From the NCBI RefSeq assembly GCF_009914755.1, contig NC_060936.1: a DNA stretch of 64,000 nt; one strand, given 5' to 3'. Within the stretch, counting starts at the first letter, position 1, and each line of letters opens with the position of its first letter. Both the position numbers and the translations under genes were made by a program. This DNA comes from the human T2T-CHM13v2.0 reference genome, Homo sapiens. This document shows positions 13,851 to 27,072 of the stretch, in pieces. Under the pieces are notes generated by a model. That model searched no databases and was not told the DNA's origin. It saw only the letters and a program-made list of their open reading frames with translations.

Positions 13851-14905
13851 TTTTCTTATTAAATATAAGTCTGAGAGAATTTTTCTTCTAAAAAACTCTT
13901 ATAAAGATGAGCTCTCTTCTTATTGCTAGAAATTTACTTTTCACATTTTAATTATTAAATTGGGTTACTGATATAATTACAATAGGCATCTGTGATAAGA
14001 GCCAGTTGTCCCCAGGGCCTTCATAAAAAGAACAGCAGAGCTGAAATTCTTCTGATTACACAGATACTTGACTGTGAGCCAATTTGTCGCCACTTACACG
14101 GTAACCTGTGAGGAAATAACATACTAGAGAGCTTGTTATAATCAATCAGTTTATCTGATTTACTCAAAATCCCATTCTCAATCAAGCAAATAATAATAAA
14201 ATAGAACTTCTTTTGTATGGCAAAGAGAGAGAAGAACTCAGAAATAATTAGAGCTGGCCAGAGGGTAGGACCATAATTTGAGTGAGAATCTTTGGACAAC
14301 AGGTTGTGGCAAAAGGGCATTGTGCAAAACAGAGCCATTTACAACAAAAAGTAGGAAAGCCCCCAAAAGTCAGTAAAAATAAATTCTTAAATTGAATACC
14401 AGAGCTACTACAATTATTATCATTATCTACATGTACCTATCTTCAGCAGTTCGTTCCTGTCTTAAATTTGCTCATGGTAATAGGAAACTGTCTCTAAAAA
14501 TTGGAATGGATGAGGCTTCTCTCACAAAGCCTTTTAAATATGGATGGTAGGTGTCATGGGTTGTAAATTAACCTCTCTAAAAGGTTTTAAGCATAGAAGA
14601 AATAACTATCTTGAATGGATTAGGTATATCTCAGAAGCAGGGATTCCCTTTCAACTCTAGGTTTCTATGGTATCAATGCTCTTTTGATTCTCTATAGAAG
14701 TTCAGAATGGCACTACTAAGCTTTGAAGTAATTACATATAGTCAGATAGTATAATTAGTCATCCAGTTACAATAGGCGATTCCATTAAAAATAGATTTTA
14801 ATAAATTAAACTTAATATTTGAGTAGCTAACTGGCTGAATGTTGGCCAGATACCTGTGTCCTAAATAAAAGGCCAAATGTCTTCACTTAGGAGCTATGAC
14901 TGTTA

Positions 14906-14967
14906 TTAATGAGTATGTATCTAATGTATCTAATGTGTTAATGAGTATGTATCTAATGTATCTAATG
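14906..14967. repeat. 32-bp-period tandem duplication
   Basis: ttaatgagtatgtatctaatgtatctaatg occurs at 14906 and 14938, identical. Confidence 0.9.
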
Positions 14968-15527
14968 AGATAAATCCATATAAGCCTGGCTACTGGTGGA
15001 AATTGCTCTACTTTGAAGAAATTTTGAAGGCTATAAAACACAAAATATGCACATAACATAAAATATGTGCATATAGGTATATAAACACCACCAAATATAC
15101 ATTCACCTTCTATGGTAAATGATATAATATTATGTTGTAGTGCTTTACATAGGCATTTTTATATTTGGTGTCTTATTTGGTCACAGCATGCTGAGCAGGA
15201 AAGAAAATAGAATCTCAAATTTACAGATAAGAAAAGTGAGGTTGAGAGCTATGTGATGATTGAATAATTAATCAAAACCAAATCAAGACCAACCTATTGC
15301 TGTTAACAAAAATAATAATTTATAATTATAATATAATCACTTAATTGCCTTTGGAAATTTTCCTTAAGTGATACTTTACTTTTATTAAGTAGATTTGGGG
15401 CTCTTTCCTTTTTAAGACTTATTAAAGATTCTGTGAATGTAATGTGAATTCAACACTGTACAAATTTTATTTCCTTATGATATGGAGAACATCATAGGCT
15501 CATATGTATCAGAGCACTAATACTAAT

Positions 15528-15918
15528 TGCTACTGATTGAATTGTGTCCTCCACAAAATTCATATGTTGAAGCCCTAAACCCAATGTGACTGTATTTAAA
15601 GAGAGAGCCTTTATGGCAATAATTAAAGTTAAATGAGGGCATACGGGTGGGTCTCTAAACTGATAGGGTTGGTGTTCTTACAAGAGGAGGAAGAGACAGC
15701 AGAGTTCTCTCTCTCATTACTCATAAACAGATAAAAAGTCGTGTGAGGATTCAGCCAGAGACGGTGGCCATCTACAAGCCTGGAAGAGAACCCTCACCAG
15801 AAACTATTTTTGGACACTTTGATTACGAACTTTTAGCCTCTAGAACTGTGAGAATATGAATTTATGTTGTTGAAGCCACCCAGTCTGTGTCATTTGCTCA
15901 TGACAGCAGACTAATACA
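15528..15918 (+). mobile_element. MLT1A-type MaLR solo LTR
   Basis: TG...CA termini, caaaattcatatgttgaagccctaa, agcctctagaactgtgaga, gactaataca end; 5-bp TSD ctaat/ccaat. Confidence 0.85.
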
Positions 15919-16206
15919 CCAATAATATGAAGCAGATGAAATTGGGCTGACTTTCCTTGGAGAAGGACACCATAGTACCATTTGCCTTTTGAGTAAAAAC
16001 TACCCCCTCTTACTATGCTTTTGTATTCTGGAAGAAGAGGTGGATGATTTGCACCTGCACCTAGGAGCCTCCTGGGAAGCGCAGGGTTCTGAATCCACAC
16101 TTACCCTTTGAGCAGCAATGTTACAGAATTTTTCAATGAATTAAGGTTTCCTATTGAACTGAAAAGATACCAGTGATGCTAAAAGTGATCCAAATCCAAA
16201 TGTAAG

Positions 16207-17910
16207 TAATAGCAGTGGCAGACCATCTGAAGCAGCCGCTGCCACGGCTCAGGCTGCAATGGGAAGGCACAGCCGGGGTTGCATGCTCCACAGAGCCAGC
16301 GGGAGCCAGGGACAAGTGGCAACCCCGCCCTACCGAGGTGGCAGGGCAGGAGCTCCCTGGGAGCAACTGCAGCTGTCCAAGCCATGGCTGCGGACCCGGG
16401 CCTCCCTGTGCTCTTGGAGGCTGGGAGCAGGCCTCCTGTCTGCCCTCCTGGGCACAGCTGAAGCCACCCAACTCACAGTTGCAGACCTGGGCCTCCCTGT
16501 GCTCCTGGGGGCCGGAAAGAGGCGGGAGCCCCGCCCTTCCGGGCCCAGATGCAGTTACCCCAGCCGTGACTGAGGACCTGGGCATCTCTAAGTCTTGGGG
16601 ATCCAGAAATACCCCCTTTTATGCCTCAGCAGGCTTGAAGGTGTCAGCTCCAACTGCCTGGCCTCTCCCAACTCTCGGCACCGCTCTGATCTCAGAGCAA
16701 GATTGGGGCTGAGCCCCGGTGCTGTCACAGCCCAGTCGGGTGTGTGCACACTTGGGGCAGCACTGACATGCCAGACCTCTGCTGTCTCAGCCCCCTCTGG
16801 ACTTTGGGCTCTGATAAGCACAAGAGGGAGGCCAAGTGGGGACTGAGGGAAGCTCGGCACTGGCCTGCCTGGACCTTCTTCATGAACAGCCTGGGCACCA
16901 TAGAAAGCATTAGAAGGCAGACAGGCTCCAAGGAAGAAAGGGATGGGTCCCTTGTGAAGCCCCACCTTCCGGCTGGGGAAAGCCTAAAGCCTGGGGGCCA
17001 GGCGCCAGTCTCCTGGACCACAGAGGGAACTTGTGGTGTTTTTTCCTGTGCCCGCCCATGGCAGCCCATGGACCAATCAGCAGGTACTTCCTCCCCTCTG
17101 AGGCCCATAGAAACCCCAGACTCAGCCAGAATTGGGGAGACAATGGGATGACTTGCCTGCAGAGAGGAGCTACCTACTCCAATGCCTCCTCTCAGCTGAC
17201 AGTTGAACACTGGATGGGACAACCTGCCTGCAGAGAGGAGCTATCCACTCCAGGGTCTCCTCTGAGCTATTCTGGCACTCAGTAAAGCTCCTCTTCAACT
17301 TGCTCACCCTCTACTTGTCCACATACCTCATTCTTCCTGGAGGCAGGACAAGAACTCAGGACCTGCCAAATGGCAGGGTTGAAAGAGCTATAACAGGGCT
17401 GAAACACTCCTTGCTCACCACATTGCAGATGAAGGGGAGAGAAGAACTATGGCCCTTCGGGGACCCCAGACCTGGGAAGCTCCCCGAGCCAGGGCTGTTA
17501 CTCTCTCTTTGGGGCCCTGCAGGTCCTGGAGTCTCCAAGCTTCTCGGCACCACCACATTCCCCAGTGTCAGCCATGGAAGCTGCTTGCAGTGTACCTGGT
17601 CCAGCCACAGCCTCTCAGTGAGCTGGTGCCCATGCCAGCACCTGGAGCTGCCCATCCACTGCAGTAGCCAGCGTGCCTGACTTTGTGCAGTGGTCGGACC
17701 CCATGCTCCCTTGCTCTCACACACCTCACCACTCCACATCTGGCTTGCCCTTAGCAGGAATGGAATCCAGGCAGGTAGCGTGAGCCGAGCACAGCCTACC
17801 AGGCTGAGTGGGCAGAACAAGCCCAGTGGACCTAAGCAAAACTCGGCAAAGATACCACTGTTCACAGAGGTTTCTGGCCAGAAAAACGACACCCGAAGGA
17901 TCCTGTGACA
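16207..17910 (+). mobile_element. MER52-family (ERV1) solo LTR, ~1.7 kb
   Basis: GC-rich; starts taatagcagtggcagaccatctgaagcagccgctgcc, ends gaaggatcctgtgaca; 4-bp TSD taag (16203-16206, 17911-17914); agtaaa poly(A)-like signal at 17281. Confidence 0.85.
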
Positions 17911-18250
17911 TAAGAAATTTCTCAGGTTACAGCTTTCTCACTAGAGTTCAACAGAAAAACCTGCAGGCTTATGAGCAAGGATTTTTTTCTGGAAACCACT
18001 CAAAATACAACCACTATGGATCTTCAGATTCTAGCTAAGTGTGCGAGTTTCTGAGAGAACATCAGGAAGTAATGTTTGACTACATGACCTTAAGGTTACT
18101 TCTTCTGCACTTGCAGGGGTCTGAGCTTGTTAGGGCAGTGGTCGCAGATCTGACTTTGTTCACCTAGTTTTTGAGATTGAAACCTTTGAGAGCAATAGAA
18201 AGCAGGGCAGCTAAAAAGCTAGAACTGCAGGTAAGCTGTTCACATTTGTC

Positions 18251-18488
18251 AATCTCGGCTCACTGAAACCTCTACTTCCCAGGATCAAGCAATTCTCCTG
18301 CCTCAGCTTCCCGAGTAGCTGGGATTACAGGCATGCACCACTACCACCCGGCTAATTTTTGTATTTTTAGTAGAGACAGGGTTTCAACCATGTTGGCCAG
18401 ACTGGTCTTGAATCCTGACCTCAAATGACCCACCCTCATCAGCCTCCTAAAGTTCTGGGATTACATGTGTGAGCCACCGTGCCTGGCC
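18251..18488 (-). mobile_element. AluS, 3'-truncated
   Basis: Alu left arm, linker and most of the right arm; no tail. Confidence 0.85.
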
Positions 18489-18519
18489 AAGTGTAGAAGG
18501 TCTTATTAAAATACTTGTA

Positions 18520-18899
18520 ATGAATAAAAGTGGGTTAGCTTCTAACAAATATTGGCAGAAGTAATGGTGTATCATTTTCAGTATTAGGTTTTAAAAGACT
18601 GGCTTCTGTCTTCCTCTGGGGGAAGCCATTTTGTGACCAGCCCTATGGAGAGGTGCACATGGTGAGGAACTGAAGCCCCCTGCCAATAGCCATAGGAGTC
18701 AATTTAGATTCTCCAGTCCCTTCAGAGATGGCAGCCCTGGTCTAGAGTTTACCTGCAATCTCGTGAGACACCTTGAGGCCTTAGCATCTAGCAAAGCTGC
18801 TCCCAGATTCTTGACTCTTACAAACTGCTTTAGTTAATAAATGTTCCAAGATGCTAAGTTTTGGAGTAAATTGTTACACAGAGTTAAATAACTGTTACA
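18520..18899 (+). mobile_element. MLT1 (F-like) LTR fragment
   Basis: gccctatggagaggtgcacatggtgaggaactgaag; aagttttggagtaaattgttacaca...taca end. Confidence 0.7.
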
Positions 18900-20119
18900 A
18901 TTAGACTTAGTAGGTATCAGAGAAAGGTAGCATAAAACAACAAAAGCAAGCCACTTTTTAAACATTAGATTGGCCAAATTTTAAAAGAATAATCCTCCCC
19001 ATTATCTACCAGGCACACACTATTGATGTGTATTTAATTGAAACTCCCTGCTTGGGGAATAATTTTCCAAAATTACATCTGTAAAACTTTAAAGTGCACA
19101 TTTCTTTCTTTTTTTACTTAATGGTTCTAATTCTAAAAATCTAACCTAAAGGAGTTCAACATTGTAAATGCCCCAAAAGGTATATTTTGGCATCATTGCA
19201 TGCAATAGTAAAAAATGAATTGTCTAACAACTATCTATTATATGTCAGGCACTTGCCTTAATGTTCACAAAAGCCTATGAGATAGGCTCATGTTCAAATC
19301 TGTTTTATGATAAGGGAAACTCGGAAGAGAGATGTGAAATAACTTTGGGGTTACAAAGCTACTAAGAGGCAGAGAAGAGATATAAAGCTGTGCTTTTAGC
19401 AATTACAATAGGCAGCCTCTTGTATAAAGAAATATATTGAATGTACTTTAATAAGTGAACGTTTAAATACAAAAACACACCCCAATTATGGACCTTTTGA
19501 TACAAATGTTTAAAAGAATAAGGTAGATCTGTAGACAATTTTACAAAGTGATGTCAGCGAATATTTTTCTTTCAAGTGAAACTACATATCAATGGCCTCT
19601 AACTAAATTTCCGAAGGGTGTTAAACAGGTTATGCTAATGAATATAGCGACCTAGATAGCTCTAGCAGATTGCCCCTATGTGGAACATGGGTCCATTATT
19701 TCTGCAGTTTCTGATTTTTTTCGAGAGAGAGAAATCCTAAAAATCTGACTTTTCAAAAGTGAAATCTTGTCATATTAAATGAATGGTAATAAATTATATT
19801 CTTAAAAATCTAAAATCAAATATGACATTTCTGAATGCAGACGCCATCCACTGTGTTCCAGATTGCAATCTCACTGTACATTAACAATAATAAATTAAGA
19901 ACAGTTATTCAAAGCCACCTGACAAAACTTCACTGAGACATGATTGACTCCATTATCACATCTAAATAAATAATGCCTTAGTTAAAATGACATTGGCCAC
20001 ACACTGGAAGCAGAGTAAAAGAGAGAGAAAGAAGTGCTGCACCCAAGCAATCTCAATACAAGTATTGCCATCCCAAGAATCTATATATCAGGTACTTACA
20101 TATTGTGGACCCTGCATAT

Positions 20120-20290
20120 GTTTATAGCAGAGTGGTTGAGAACTTGGACTCTTGAGCTATACTACATGTGTTTGAAGCACAGTTCCACCACAAACTGCTT
20201 ATTCAAACTCTGGGCCTCCGTGTCTCTATTTGTAAAGCAGGATATAATTGAATCCCATAGAGATGCTGTAAGAAAACAATGACTCCATAA
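20120..20290 (+). mobile_element. MIR
   Basis: tagcagagtggttgagaacttggact...gggcctccgtgtctctatttgtaaa. Confidence 0.6.
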
Positions 20291-21466
20291 ATACCAGCTA
20301 TTATTAATGTGGAGATAAAGTACTGTATTACCACAACCAGGTGCCAGAAAACATTCTTATTATTTACCAGCCTTTCTGCTGACTTCATTCTCACAAAACA
20401 ATTCCTGATTATAACCACTTGTGCGCAATGAAAGAATGTCTTGGCCTGAACGTGTGAAAGCAAACACTGTAGTAAAGATCTTAGTATATTTTTAAAAATT
20501 GCTACATTTTACTTTTATTTTTTAAATCAACAGATAAAATTGTATGTTCTTACTATTTACAAAATATTTTTTGGAGTATACATACATAGTGGAATGACTA
20601 ACTTGGTTAATTAATATATGTATCACCTTACATAGTTATTTTTGTCATAAGGACCCTTTACATCCATTCAGTATTTTCGAGAATACAATATATTGTTAAC
20701 TATAGCCAATATGTTGTACAAGAGATCTCTTGAACATATGTCTCCTGTCTAATTGAAACTTTGTGCCCTGTTATCAACATTTCCAAACACCCACCCCCAA
20801 AACCATTCCAGTCCCTGGTAACCATCGTTCTACTTTCTACTTATCTGAGTTCAACTCTTTCAGATTATGCAGTATTTTTCCGTTCGTGCCTGGCTTATTT
20901 CACTTAATGTAGCATCCTTCAGGTTTATTCATGCTGTCAAAAACCATATAATTCCCTTATTTTTATAGCTAAATACTATTTTATTGTGTATATTTATCAC
21001 ATTTTCTTTATTCATTCATCCGTTGATAGACATTTTGGTAGATTCCCCATTTTAGCTATTGTGAATAATGTTGCAATAAACATAGAGGTGCAGATATCTC
21101 TTTGAAATACAGATTTCTTTTCCTTTGGATATATGCCCAGTAGTTAAATTGATGGATCAGATGGCAGTTTTATTTTTTTATTTTTTGAGAGACCTCCGTA
21201 CAGTTTTCCATAATTACATTCCCACTAACTGTGTGAGGACTTCTTTTTCCCCACATCCTAGTCAACATTTGTTATCTTTTTTTTTTTGTAGTAGTCATTC
21301 CAACAGGTGTGAGGCAACATCTCATTGTGTTTTTAATTTTTTAATTTGCATTTCCCTTGATGTAGAGCATTACATACAGACACACACACACACACACACA
21401 CACACACTTACACTTGTTGGGCATTTTGTCTCATTGGGAGAAATAACTATTCAAGTCCTTTGCATA

Positions 21467-21776
21467 TTTTTTTTTTTTTTGGACAGAGTTTTGCTCTTGT
21501 TGCCCAGGCAGGAGTGCAATGGTGCGATCTTGGTTCACCGCAACCTCCACCTCCTGGGTTCAAGCGATTCTCATCCCTCAGCCTCCCTAGTAGCTGGGAC
21601 TATAGGCATGCACCACCATGCCTGGATAAATTTTTGTTTTTTTGTTTGTTTGTTTTGGTAGAGACAGGGTTTTTCCATGTTGGTCAGGCTGGTCTCAAAC
21701 TCCCAACTTCAGGTGATCTGCCCACTTCTGCCTCCCAAAGTGCTGGGGTTACAGGTGTGAGCCACTGCGCCTGGCC
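21467..21776 (-). mobile_element. AluSq/Sp-like
   Basis: Full dimer, gagttttgctcttgttgcccagg...gcaatgg; TSD-like ctttgcatatttt / ttttgcctatttt. Confidence 0.9.
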
Positions 21777-21914
21777 CTTTTGCCTATTTTTTAATTGGCT
21801 TATTTATTTACTTGGTATTGAGTTGAGTTACTTATATATTTTGGATATTAGCACCTTTACAGATGCATAGTTTGCAGATATTGTCTCCCATTCTATCAAT
21901 TGCATATTCACTAT

Positions 21915-22282
21915 TGATATGGTCTGGCTCTGTGTCCACACCAAAATCCTATCTTAAATTGTAATCCCAATTGTAACCCCCACATGTTGGGAGAGGGACC
22001 CCGTGGAGAGGTGATTAGATCATGGGGATGTTTCCCCATGCTGTTCTCATGATAGAGAGTGAGTTCTCATGGTTTTATAAGGGTTTCTGCACTTTCCTCA
22101 CTTTGCTCTGCAATTCTCCTTCCTGCCGCCATGTGAAGGACATATTTACTTTCCCCTTTGTCATGATTATGTTTCCTGAGACCTCTCCAGCCCTGCAGAA
22201 CTCTGAGTCAATTAAGACTCTTTCCTTTATAAATTACCCTCTTAGGCATCTCTTTACAGTAGTGTCAGAATGGACTAATACA
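21915..22282 (+). mobile_element. THE1D/MSTA-type MaLR solo LTR
   Basis: tgatatggtctggctctgtgtcc...tggactaataca; exact 5-bp TSD actat. Confidence 0.9.
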
Positions 22283-22679
22283 ACTATATTGATTGTTTCC
22301 TTTGCTGTGAAGCATCTTTTTAGTTTGATATAATCTCATTTGTCTATTTCTACTTTTGTTGTCTGGTTTTTTTTTTTTTTGGCATCCTATTAAAGAAATC
22401 ATTGCCCAGACCAATATGATGAAGTTTTTCCCTTATGTTTTCTTCTAGCAGTTTTAGAGTTTGACGTGTTATATTTAAGATTTTTGTTCATTTTGAGCTG
22501 TTTTTTTATACAGTGTGATATAAGAATCTAATTTCATTCTTCTGCATGTTCATATCAGTTTTTCCATTACCATTTATTGAAAAACCTGCCTTTTTCCTAT
22601 TGTTATACTTGGCATCTTTGTTGAAAATCAATTGGCTGTAATAAATGTGTGGATTTAATTTTGAGCCCGCAATCCACTT

Positions 22680-24940
22680 ATGTTTAATTTCAACATTTAT
22701 TTTAGATTCAGAGGATATATGTGCATGTTTGTTACATGGAAATATTGCATGAAGTTGAGGGTTAGGCACATTCGATCCCATCACCCAGGTTGTAAGCATA
22801 GTATACAATAAATAGTTTTTCAACCCTTGCCCCTCTCTCTCCCCTCAGGCCCCAGTAGTTCCCAGTGTCTATTGTTGTCATCTTTATGTCTGTGTGTACC
22901 CAATGTTTAGCTTTTTCTTATAAGTGAGAACACGAGGTATTTGGTTTTCTGTTTATTCAATAATTTGCTTAGGATAATGACCTTTAGCTATATCCATGTT
23001 GCTGCAAAGGAAACAATTTTGTTTATTTTTATGGCTGTGTAGTATTCCATGGTATACATGGACCACATTTTCTTTATCCAGTCCACCATTGATGGGCATC
23101 TGAGTTGATTCCATGTCTTTGCTATCATGAGTAACAATATGATAAACATATGACTGGACATGTCATTTTGGTAGAATAATTGATTTTCCTTTGGGTATAT
23201 AATCAGTAATGGAGTTGGTAGGTTGAAAGGTAGTAGTTCTATTTTTGAATTCCTTGAGAAATCTCCAAACTGCTTTCCACAGTGTCTGAGCTCATTTACA
23301 TTCCCATCAACAATATATAAGCATTCACTTTTCTCCATAACCACACCATCATCTGTTATATTTTAACTTTTTAATAAAAGCCATTCTGACTGGTGTTACT
23401 TATGTCATTGTGGTTTTGATTTGCATTTCTCTGAGGATTAGTGATGTGGAATATTTTTTCATGTTTGTTGGCTGCTTATATGTATTCTTTTGAGAAATGT
23501 CTGTTCATGCTTTTTGCCCATTTTTTAAAATTGGGTTATTTGTATTTTACTTGTTGATTTGTTTAAGTTCCTTATAATAAGGTTCTGGATACTAGACCTT
23601 TACTGGATGCATAGTTTGTGAATATTTTCTCCCATTCTGTACTTATCTATTTACTCTGTCCATAGTTTGTTTTGCTGTGCAGAAGCTCTTTAGTTTAATT
23701 AGACATCTTTTGTCAGTTTTCATTTTTGTTGCAGTTGCTTTTGAGGACTTAGTTATAATTTTTTTGCCAAGACCAATGTAATGTATAGAAGCATATTTCT
23801 TATGTTTTCTCCTAGGATTTTTATAGTTTTAGATCTTACATTTAAGTCTTTAATCCATCTTGAGCTAATTTTTGTATATGGTTTTAAGCAAGAGTCCAGT
23901 TTCATTCTTCTGCATATGGATAGCCAGCTATTGCAGTGCCATTTATTGACTATAGAGTACTTACTGTATTGCTTATGTTTTTGTCAACTTTGTTGAAGAT
24001 CAGATGACTGTAGGTGTGTGGTTTTATTTCTGGGTTCTCTATCATGTTCCATTCATGTATGTGTCTGCCTTCATACCAGTACTATACTGTTTTGCCTTGT
24101 AGTATAGTTTGAAGTTGGGTAATGTGACGCCTCCAGCTTTATGCTTAGGATTGCCTTGGCTATTCAGGCTCTTTTTTGGTTCCATATGAATTTTAGAATA
24201 GTTTCCCCTAATTCTGTGAAAAGTGATGTTGGTAATTTGATAGGAATAGAGTTGAATCTGCTGGCTGCTTTGGGTAGTTTGGCCATTTTACAACACTAAT
24301 TCTTCCAATCCATGAACATGGAATTTTTTTCCATTTGTTTGTATCATCTCTGACTTTTTTCAATAGTGTTTTGCAGCTCTCCTTGGAGAGATCTTTCACC
24401 TCCTTGATTTGATTTATTCCTAGGTATTTTAGTTTTTGTGTGGCTATGGAATTGCGTTTTGCTTTGGTTCCCAGTTTGAACATTATCAGTGTTCAGAAAT
24501 GCTAGTGATTTTTGTACATTGATTTTGTAACCTGAAACTTTAGTAAAATTGTTTTATCAGCTCTAGGATTATTTTGGCAGAATCTTTAGGGTTCCCTAGG
24601 TATAAAATTATAACATCAGTGAAGAGAGACTATTTAACTTCTTCTTTTCCTATATGGATGCCTTTTATTTCTTTCTCTTTCCTGATTGCTCTGCCTAGGA
24701 CTTCCAGTTGAACAGGAGTGGTGAGAGTGGGCATCCTTGTCTTATTCTAATTCTTAAGGGGAACACTTCCAGCTTTTGCCCATTCAGTATGATGTTGGCT
24801 GTGAGTTTGTCATAGATAGCTCATATTATTTTGAGGCGTGTTCCTTTGTGCCTAACGTGTTGAGAGTTTTTATCGTGAAGCAATTTTTGAATTTCTCAAA
24901 AGCTTTTTCTGCATCTGTTGAGATTAACATATGGCTTTTG
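22680..24940 (-). mobile_element. 5'-truncated L1PB/old L1PA element
   Basis: 3' end ttttagattcagaggatatatgtgcatgtttgttacatgg; degenerate ORF2 peptides in the ORF track (22988-23344, 24208-24483: KYLGINQIKEVKDL...IPCSWIGRI). Confidence 0.85.
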
Positions 24941-25167
24941 ATGAGACACACAGACAGAGGGCATAGGCCAGCACAGCAAGCGATGAGAAGTGAAGAGGAT
25001 AAAAAGGAATCCCTATGGACATTTTAACAATATTAACTATTTAAATCTGGAAACACAAGACATCTTTCAATTTATTTGTGCCTTGTTTAATTTCTTTCAT
25101 CAATTTTTTGTAATTTCCAGTGTACAGATCTTTCACCTACTCAGTTAAAGTTATGACAAAGTATGTA

Positions 25168-25476
25168 TTACCAATAACATAAATAGTCTGTTAATCCATA
25201 TTTTTATGCTATATATATATATATACTCTATTCTTACAATAAAGTAAGATAGAGAAAGTTAAGACAATCACACAGAATAAAAAATATAGTTATTCTTTAT
25301 TAAGTAGAAGTGATCATCATAAACATCTTCATCCTCATCATCTTTATGTTGAGTAGGCTGAGGAGGAGGAGGAAAGGGAATGGTTAGTCCTTCTGTCTCG
25401 AGATGACAGAGGCAGAAGAATATTTGTACGTAAGTGGACCCGTATGTTCAAACTCACATTGTTTAAGAGTCAACTA
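25168..25476 (-). mobile_element. Tigger2-family (Tigger2a/MER28-like) DNA transposon fragment
   Basis: gtaagtggacccgtatgttcaaactcacattgtttaagagtcaact is the reverse of the Tigger2 terminus CAGTTGACCCTTGAACAAC...GGGTCCACTTA. Confidence 0.7.
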
Positions 25477-26977
25477 CAGAAGATAAAAAATAATGTCAAG
25501 AATATAAATTAATAAAGTTAAGAGTAAATGATAAAGTCAACAAAAGCCAAAACCTAGTTTTATAAAAAGATGAAGAAAATTGATACATCTCTAGCAAAAT
25601 TCATCAAGACAATACAGAGGAAAACACAATGTCAGAAATGATTAAGAGAATGTTACTATAGATCCTACAGAAAATATGATATAATAACTAAACATTATGA
25701 GTAAATATATGTCAATAAGTTTGATGACTTAGATAATATAGGAAAACCAAAAAGGGATACAAGTTTCTAAAACAAGGATTATCGACCCAGATCATATTAA
25801 CGCATTTGAAACCAAAGATACTTATCTGAGGCAACATCTCAAGCTGGTATTGTGAACATATTGTCAGAATTAGTAGAGAGCTTCCTAGAGTGATCATGTT
25901 GAAAGATAATTATTGGGATGTGTGAATTTTATCACTTGTATTTTCTTAAGCCATTGATTGTCCAAGTCTTAAGTAATTTGTGGTGCACCATGACATCTTG
26001 TAGGCACACATTAGAGGGCTTAAAAATAAGCAGAGGAAAACTTCTGTCATCCTCCGTGATTAGTTTTTGATGAAAGACAGATTAGATAAAAGAAGCAGAA
26101 CACATGAATAGGCCTAGATTTGTTTGAAAAAAAAAAATTTACAAGTCTAAACTTTCCCACCAGGCCAAGATGTTTTCACTGGTAGACTCTAACTAATGGT
26201 AAAGCAATGATACCAGTCTTACACAAATGTTTCAGCTATAAAAGAAAAGAGATCACTTCCCAAATAATTTTATGAGGCCAGACTAATTATGATATGAATA
26301 TTAGTTGTATATATTTCAAGGAACAAATAGCACAGAATACAATCTCTTATGAAAAGACAAGCAAAAATCCTTAACAAAGTACAAAATATATTCTACATTA
26401 TATAAATAGTATAAGACATGACATTATGCTGTTATCCCAACAATATAATGTTGATTTAACATTTTAAAAATTAGCCGAAACCATTATCAAAATAATAAAA
26501 AGAAAGGACAAAATTCATATGATAATCTTAATACATGTGGCAAAAACATTTGATAAAATTAAGCACCCATCTATGATTTAAAAATAAAAACCTATCAGCA
26601 AACTAGAAATACAAAGAAAAACTACAGTTAGTATAATGCTTAATTGTAAAATACTAACTGCTTCCACTTAAAATCAGAAATCGGACAAGGATTTCTGCTC
26701 TCACCACTTGATCAACACCTTTGTACTGGAAATGTTAGCCAATTCAGCAAGAAACAACAACAAATAACTAAATGACTTATGGGTTAGAAAGAAAGAAAAA
26801 AGAAGTGTCTTTATCTGCATACAGTATGGTTGTTTAGGTAGACAATCCAAGGGAATCTACAAAGACATAGCTAATAGATCTAATCAATGAATTTAACAAC
26901 ATTGCAGGGTAGAATGACAATTTATAAATATAATTTTGCTGTCTATATGCTAACAATTAACAATTAGAAATAAAACT

Positions 26978-27072
26978 TGCTCACTGCAGCCTGGAATTCC
27001 TGGGCTCAAGGGATCTTCTCGCCTCAGCTTTCAAAGTAGCTGGAACTACTGATGTGCCTCACCATGCCCAGC
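26978..27072 (-). mobile_element. Alu monomer fragment (FRAM/AluJ-like)
   Basis: gctcactgcagcctggaattcctgggctcaagggatc...caccatgcccagc. Confidence 0.75.

Larger units (their letters stand above)
20505..22670 (-). mobile_element. L1MA-type 3' portion, interrupted by an Alu and a THE1/MST LTR
   Basis: L1M 3' UTR and ORF2-end motifs (tgcctggcttatttcacttaa; tttagctattgtgaataatgttgcaataaacat; atcattgcccagaccaat). Confidence 0.8.

Noticed and set aside
16151-18038. Dense cluster of overlapping 100-180-aa ORFs on both strands
   Set aside because: All lie within the GC-rich MER52 LTR, where stop codons are scarce; no gag/pol/env similarity
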